A stretch of DNA of 64,000 nt, from contig OZ244160.1 of the NCBI GenBank assembly GCA_965216325.1, positions 2,976,001-3,040,000 on the forward strand. Reading direction: 5' to 3'. The position numbers and the translations under genes are program-made. Position 1 is the stretch's first letter. Every line of letters starts with the position of its first letter. The stretch comes from Coraliomargarita sp. (lineage in GTDB: Bacteria; Verrucomicrobiota; Verrucomicrobiia; Opitutales; Coraliomargaritaceae). Positions 58,678 through 64,000 of the stretch are shown here, piece after piece. The notes under the pieces are model-generated. The model was not told the origin of the DNA. It made no database searches and saw nothing but the letters and a program-made list of their open reading frames with translations.

Positions 58678-60771
58678 CTAAAGGCTGAGTTCGCCAATCG
58701 TTGGGCGCACATGATAGAGTGCTAGAAACTGCTTTGCGGACTCCGGGTCATTCAGTGAAATCGAACCCGATGCGATGCGTGGCTTGCTTTCCGGTGTTAG
58801 TTTGACTGGATATGCTTGCTCTAATTGATTCGTGTAGGCGACGAAGTTAACATGGCCTTGTTTGCGAAGTTGCGACTTCGTGAGTATCTGAAAATAGCCG
58901 ACACAACCGGGGCCATTGTGAATACTCAGTTCGTGCGCAATGCGGCCCATCGTGACGCGTGGATTGATTTCTACGATGGGCTTCAATTTTAGTTCGCCTT
59001 CTGGATCGCGGTAGATGAAGGCATCGATGCCGAGTGGCCCAATGAACTGACGCTGCTTCAATTCGCGTTCTAAGCGTGGCGCGATTTCAGTTTCGAACAG
59101 TTCATAAAGGCGTGGTCGTGTGACGCTACGCTCCATTAGGAAACGCACAATCTGTGGGTCGATACTCTTGGTGAAGGCATTGGTGAGGATGCCTTTGAAC
59201 TGTCCACGGGCATTATTATGTAGGCGCGTGTATCCGATCGTGCGGAGTTCGGACTCACGCTGTTCGAATTGAACGGAGAAATCATAGACACGTTCCAGCC
59301 AGGGTTCGACGACGAGGCTACCTTGAGTTTCGAGTGTGGTGTTAATCCAGGCTTCAATCGCTGCAGGAATAGAGCTGTTGGATTTTAAGAGTCGGTTGCC
59401 ATTTGCTGCGGTGCCGTAAGGAGCTTTGCAAACGACATCCGTATAACCGAGTGTGTTGTATTTGTGGCGTAGCTGATCGAGTTGTTCGAGGTTTTCAACC
59501 GATTGTCCGTAGACCTCCTTCGGCGCGAGGCGTGTCTCGTCCAAGTCTGCTGTTAATTGGCGTCCCCACTGAGCGCTCCATATTTTGGAATAGAGTTCAC
59601 GGATCTCAGCGCTCCATAGCGTCTGGGTGTTGATCGGGCGGGTTAGACTGTCGAAGGTCTTATCGAAGAAGGCAACTGCATCAGGTGTCCATGACCACGG
59701 GCAGAAGGCCGCGATCTTGCGATCAATCCTTGGTGACTGCGACTCTGTACAGGTGAGGATTTCCGGTAAGTGGAATCCGTAGTCTTGAAGTTGCCGTTGG
59801 AATGCAACGGAGGGCGGATTTTGGATGATCAGCAGATCATCGCGGCGCGATAGATAGGCGGGAAGGAAGGCGAGGTCTTTTTGTAGCGCGCTTGTGCTGT
59901 CGATCTGACTGCTGTCGGTCGCGGCGTGTACTTCGGCCTCGGGGTTGAACCAGTGCACTTTGGGAGTGCGTCCTTTCGACTGACGAAACAGTTGAAGGTC
60001 GTCGATGAAAGCTGGGTCGAGTCCGGCATCGAGTCGGCCTTGTGTATTGAAGTGGTTGCCCTTGGCGCGGGCGGGGGAGAGCGGGAAGGTTAGTCGCTCG
60101 CGAAAGACCTCCCAGTCGGTCTTGCCATTTGCCTTCCAGCGCCGGAACCATTTCAAGCCGAAGCCTACATGATCGATTTCGTCGTGGTAAATCTTATTGA
60201 GTATCTTCGCGGTCGCACTGTCGCCCACCTCGGTGAAGATTTTTCCATACTCCTTGGAATAATCCAGATTGGCTTGTTCGAAGGTCAGCGAGAGGCGTGT
60301 CACATAGTCGAGGGGATCCTCCATTGATGAGACGCTGCGCCAGAAGTAGTCGCTCAAGGGGAGTTCGCCAAATTCGACGCCGCATTGTTGCATGCGGTGA
60401 ATGTAGAGACGGGTGTGGATCTGTTCTTCTTTGAGTGTTTCGAGAACGCCTCTCCGAAAGCTGGCCGGCGCTTCAGGAAACTTGAGCAACACCAGTGCCA
60501 TCAGCTCGGTGGCCAAGAGCTCGTGGTTTCCGAAAAAGTGTAGCAGGCGTCCGCGTTCGCGCTCGTCAATTAGTTTGCCTTTGCTGGGGTGCGAGGCTTT
60601 GACGCCATCTTCACGCAGCACCAGATGCTTGGGCCGTGTTAGTTTGCGGGGAGTGCGAATGGCTTCGCCCGGGCGTGTGTCGATGATGTCTTCTTTAGGA
60701 AAGCTGAGCTTCTCCTCGAGCGTGGTGCCGAAGAGAACTCGTTTTGCAAATTCCTGAAGTTGTAGTGCCAT
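58678..60771 (-). CDS. DUF455 ferritin-like diiron domain fused to ATP-grasp domain
   Basis: LHFFGNHELLATE, EEQIH, FEQANLD, DEIDHV; KAPYG, VVEPW, GPLGID, VEINPR. Confidence 0.8.
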   Translation of the reverse strand: MALQLQEFAKRVLFGTTLEEKLSFPKEDIIDTRPGEAIRTPRKLTRPKHLVLREDGVKASHPSKGKLIDERERGRLLHFFGNHELLATELMALVLLKFPEAPASFRRGVLETLKEEQIHTRLYIHRMQQCGVEFGELPLSDYFWRSVSSMEDPLDYVTRLSLTFEQANLDYSKEYGKIFTEVGDSATAKILNKIYHDEIDHVGFGLKWFRRWKANGKTDWEVFRERLTFPLSPARAKGNHFNTQGRLDAGLDPAFIDDLQLFRQSKGRTPKVHWFNPEAEVHAATDSSQIDSTSALQKDLAFLPAYLSRRDDLLIIQNPPSVAFQRQLQDYGFHLPEILTCTESQSPRIDRKIAAFCPWSWTPDAVAFFDKTFDSLTRPINTQTLWSAEIRELYSKIWSAQWGRQLTADLDETRLAPKEVYGQSVENLEQLDQLRHKYNTLGYTDVVCKAPYGTAANGNRLLKSNSSIPAAIEAWINTTLETQGSLVVEPWLERVYDFSVQFEQRESELRTIGYTRLHNNARGQFKGILTNAFTKSIDPQIVRFLMERSVTRPRLYELFETEIAPRLERELKQRQFIGPLGIDAFIYRDPEGELKLKPIVEINPRVTMGRIAHELSIHNGPGCVGYFQILTKSQLRKQGHVNFVAYTNQLEQAYPVKLTPESKPRIASGSISLNDPESAKQFLALYHVRPTIGELSL

Positions 60772-60936
60772 TGATCGCTAGCGTTATGCGTCTCATGCAG
60801 AATGACAACTCCTCAGATCCAGTAGAAGCGCGCTTCCATCCGCTTCATTCAAGATCTAGGGAAAGAGGTCGGGTGCCGCTTCTACTTTTGCCGTCTTGCG
60901 GGTTGAAAGTTCGGACGGATGCGTCAGCTTCGCAGT

Positions 60937-61851
60937 ATGGATGGAGTGTTTGCCTATCAATATACGCCTGCAGCTCGCCTGCGGGTGAGCGATGAGGACT
61001 CAGCCGACTTTTTGCAAAGTCAGTTTAGTAATGATCTGCGCCCGTTTAACGCAGGGCAGGCGGTCTATGGCTTGTGGCTGGATGTGAAGGGCAAGGTGAT
61101 TGCCGATAGCTGGGTGCTCTGTAATGACGAGGAAGCATTTACGTTGATCAGTGAGCACTGTGCCGCAGAAGCGATCGTGGAAAAGCTCGAGCGTCATATT
61201 ATTGCCGATGATGTAGAGATTGAAGAGTTGGATCTCGGGGCTGCGATTACTCTGGTTGGTGAAAGTGTCGTAGCGACTTTAGAAGCATTGAACATCAGCG
61301 TCCCTGAAGTCGGGCGTTTTGCTGCGACAGGGAACTGTGTCTGTTTTGCCGGCCGCCGTGCGACTGTGCCCTCGTATGAGCTGATCTTTAGTGCGGAGTC
61401 GGATGCTCAGGCTGTTGTCCAGCGCTTGCAGGAACTCGAAGTCGAATTTGTATCCGAAGAGTGGATACAGGTGCAGCGAATGGCGGCAGGGGTGCCTCAG
61501 GTGCCTGTTGAAGTTGGTTCAGCTGACTTGCCGGGAGAGGGCGGCTTTGTGGACGATGCTGTGTCGTTGAACAAAGGCTGTTACCTCGGCCAAGAGGTCG
61601 TTGCGCGCATGCACAATGTAGGGCAGGCCCGCCGAGGCTTGTATTTGCTCAAGGGAGAGGGGGCTGCTCCGCGTGTGCCCGCGGCAGTGATTGCAGCCGA
61701 CAGCAAGGGCGCCGGAGAGCTGCGTTCCGTGGTTTCTATCGGGGATTCATGGCAAGGTGTGGCGATGCTTAAGATTCGTTCTGCGGACGCTGAGCTTAGT
61801 CTCGATTCCGGGGACTCAGTCACTGTGGCCGCGCCCTTGCGTTCCGTCTAA
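60937..61851 (+). CDS. ygfZ: Folate-binding YgfZ/GcvT-family protein
   Basis: FLQSQFSND, KGCYLGQE motif. Confidence 0.88.
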   Translation: MDGVFAYQYTPAARLRVSDEDSADFLQSQFSNDLRPFNAGQAVYGLWLDVKGKVIADSWVLCNDEEAFTLISEHCAAEAIVEKLERHIIADDVEIEELDLGAAITLVGESVVATLEALNISVPEVGRFAATGNCVCFAGRRATVPSYELIFSAESDAQAVVQRLQELEVEFVSEEWIQVQRMAAGVPQVPVEVGSADLPGEGGFVDDAVSLNKGCYLGQEVVARMHNVGQARRGLYLLKGEGAAPRVPAAVIAADSKGAGELRSVVSIGDSWQGVAMLKIRSADAELSLDSGDSVTVAAPLRSV

Positions 61852-61873
61852 AAATCACTCCTGCTATTATAAT

Positions 61874-62125
61874 ATGGACGCGTCTGAGGAACTGGAAGCG
61901 GTTACGCAGTTATTTATCAATATGGGAGCCGATCCTGGGCAGGCGCAAGTCATGGCTGGACAGCTACTTAAGCGTGCCGATCGATTAGCCAAAGAACGCG
62001 GAATTTCGAAAGTTGAGGCAGCCGACAGCCTGCTCAGGCAGGTGGTTCAGGCGCGCCAAGGCATTGCGCCAAGCTCAAATACTGAGCAAAACGGCCCTGA
62101 GGGGCAAAAAAAGCTGAAAAAATAG
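61874..62125 (+). CDS. Small hypothetical protein
   Basis: 83-aa helical ORF after ygfZ. Confidence 0.6.
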   Translation: MDASEELEAVTQLFINMGADPGQAQVMAGQLLKRADRLAKERGISKVEAADSLLRQVVQARQGIAPSSNTEQNGPEGQKKLKK

Positions 62126-62213
62126 CGGTCTGAGGCCGATTTGCTATTGACGATTCGAGGACCAACGAGTCTTCTTCCAAACGGCACTACGCCACTTAAC
62201 CTCAACAATAAAT

Positions 62214-62500
<287 letters not shown>

Positions 62501-62530
62501 TCGGTTTACCCCAAAGTTAACAAACTTTCT

Positions 62531-62561
62531 AAGCCCGTGGTTCTGTGCCACGGGCTTTTTT
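62531..62561 (+). terminator. Terminator after HU gene
   Basis: aagcccgtgg/ccacgggctt plus T-run. Confidence 0.85.
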
Positions 62562-62861
62562 GTTGGGTTGCCCCTCAATGGCACCATCCCGCATCGCTTC
62601 GCGATACACCCCTCCTAATCAAGGAGGGGTGTTATAAAAGCTCCTCACCTGCGAAGGGGTGGTCACCTGCTCGTCAGGTGGGAGGGGTATTCAGGCAGTT
62701 TTTGCAGCGTGGGTATGATTTCGACGGAACTGCCTGATGCGAAAGTGCTTCGCACGTCCGCTACCGACAATTTTTGCGCTTCGCGCTTGCCAGCGGGTTC
62801 AAGTCTCACCTTATTGAGACGCTTTTGAGATTGAGGCACCCCTCAACGAAAGGACAGCACT

Positions 62862-64000
62862 ATGGGACAAAGCTTATTTGAAAAAGTATGGGACGCACAC
62901 GCGGTGCGCACACTGGCTAATGGCCAAACACAACTCTTGATCGGCACGCACCTCATTCACGAGGTCACCAGTCCGCAGGCATTCGGTATGCTGCGCGACA
63001 AGGGCTTGCCGGTAAAATACCCGCATCGCACCTTCGCGACGGTTGACCACATCGTGCCAACCAACGAAGCGGTTGAGCCCTACAGCGATCCACTCGCACA
63101 GGGGATGATCGAAGAACTCCGCAAGAACTGCGCGGACAACAACGTCACTTTCTTCGACACCAACACTGGTAAGCAAGGTGTTGTTCACATCGTCGGCCCA
63201 GAGCAGGGCATCACTCAGCCGGGCACCACCATCGCTTGTGGTGACTCCCACACTGCGACACACGGTGCCTTCGGTGCGATTGCCTTCGGTATCGGCACCA
63301 GCCAGGTGCGTGACGTGCTGGCAACCCAGACCATAGCGCTCGGTGAACTCAAGGTGCGCCGCATCAACGTCGACGGCGAGCTTCGCCCAGGCGTCTATGC
63401 GAAGGACGTGATCCTCCACATCATCCGTTTGCTCGGCACACAGGGAGGCACCGGTTTCGCCTATGAATATGGTGGCTCCACTTTCGACAACATGACGATG
63501 GAAGAGCGCATGACCGTCTGCAACATGTCCATTGAGGGCGGTGCACGTGTCGGCTACGTCAATCCGGACGAAACCACTTTCGAATACCTCAAGGGCCGCC
63601 CATACTCTCCACAAGGTGAGGCTTGGGACGCAGCGGTTGAAAACTGGAAGTCCTTCGCTTCCGACGCAGACTGCTCTTACGACGACGTCGTCAACATCGA
63701 CGCTGCAGACATCCAGCCAACTGTGACATGGGGTATCACTCCAAGTCAGGGTGTTGGCATCAACGAAAACATCCCAGCAGTCGCTGAGGGTGAAACCGAG
63801 TCTGAGCGCGAGTCCATCAACGAAGCTCTCGAATACATGAAGTTTGAGGGCGGTTCAGCGATCAAGGGCAAGAAGATCGACGTCGCATTCATCGGATCCT
63901 GCACCAACGGCCGTCTCTCCGACCTTCAGGAAGTTGCCAACTACGTCAAGGGCCACAAGGTCGCTGACGGCGTTCAAGCAATCGTGGTTCCTGGCTCACA
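62862..64000 (+). CDS. leuC: 3-isopropylmalate dehydratase large subunit (runs off window; not in ORF track)
   Basis: [13 protein letters not shown]...HEVTSPQAF...[13 protein letters not shown]...FIGSCTNGR. Confidence 0.96.
   Translation, partial: MGQSLFEKVWDAHAVRTLANGQTQLLIGTHLIHEVTSPQAFGMLRDKGLPVKYPHRTFATVDHIVPTNEAVEPYSDPLAQGMIEELRKNCADNNVTFFDTNTGKQGVVHIVGPEQGITQPGTTIACGDSHTATHGAFGAIAFGIGTSQVRDVLATQTIALGELKVRRINVDGELRPGVYAKDVILHIIRLLGTQGGTGFAYEYGGSTFDNMTMEERMTVCNMSIEGGARVGYVNPDETTFEYLKGRPYSPQGEAWDAAVENWKSFASDADCSYDDVVNIDAADIQPTVTWGITPSQGVGINENIPAVAEGETESERESINEALEYMKFEGGSAIKGKKIDVAFIGSCTNGRLSDLQEVANYVKGHKVADGVQAIVVPGS

Noticed and set aside
62709..62810. tmRNA/tRNA-like fragments (gatttcgacgg ... 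gcgggttcaagtc)
   Set aside because: Too short for tmRNA, no acceptor stem, no CCA, no tag peptide

Overview
64 kb of bacterial chromosome, most likely a verrucomicrobium (Opitutales/Coraliomargarita-like; inferred from gene content such as the long GreA, not from a search). Mostly housekeeping genes: greA, uvrB, proB, frr, pyrH, mutM, katG, thrS, sodA, tadA, infA, cysK, queG, metF, ubiE/menG, hisS, queA, tilS, ftsH, ygfZ, HU/IHF, partial leuC, plus tRNA-Gln and tRNA-Arg. The intergenic spaces are rich in mobile DNA. The strongest observation is an IS110-family (IS1111-type) element at 7898-9373 inserted into a REP at a duplicated CT core. Its non-coding right end folds into two internal loops whose strands match the REP target and the element's own circle junction, i.e. 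a bridge/seek RNA readable from sequence. The window also holds a RAYT transposase flanked by that REP family, a group IIC intron with an in-frame deletion of its RT core, two IS1380 elements, micro-elements nested in REP loops, a duplicated tRNA 3' half interrupted in the T-loop, trpB and higA pseudogenes, a DUF455 diiron/ATP-grasp fusion and an uncharacterised two-SPFH operon. All calls are by eye; no database searches were run.
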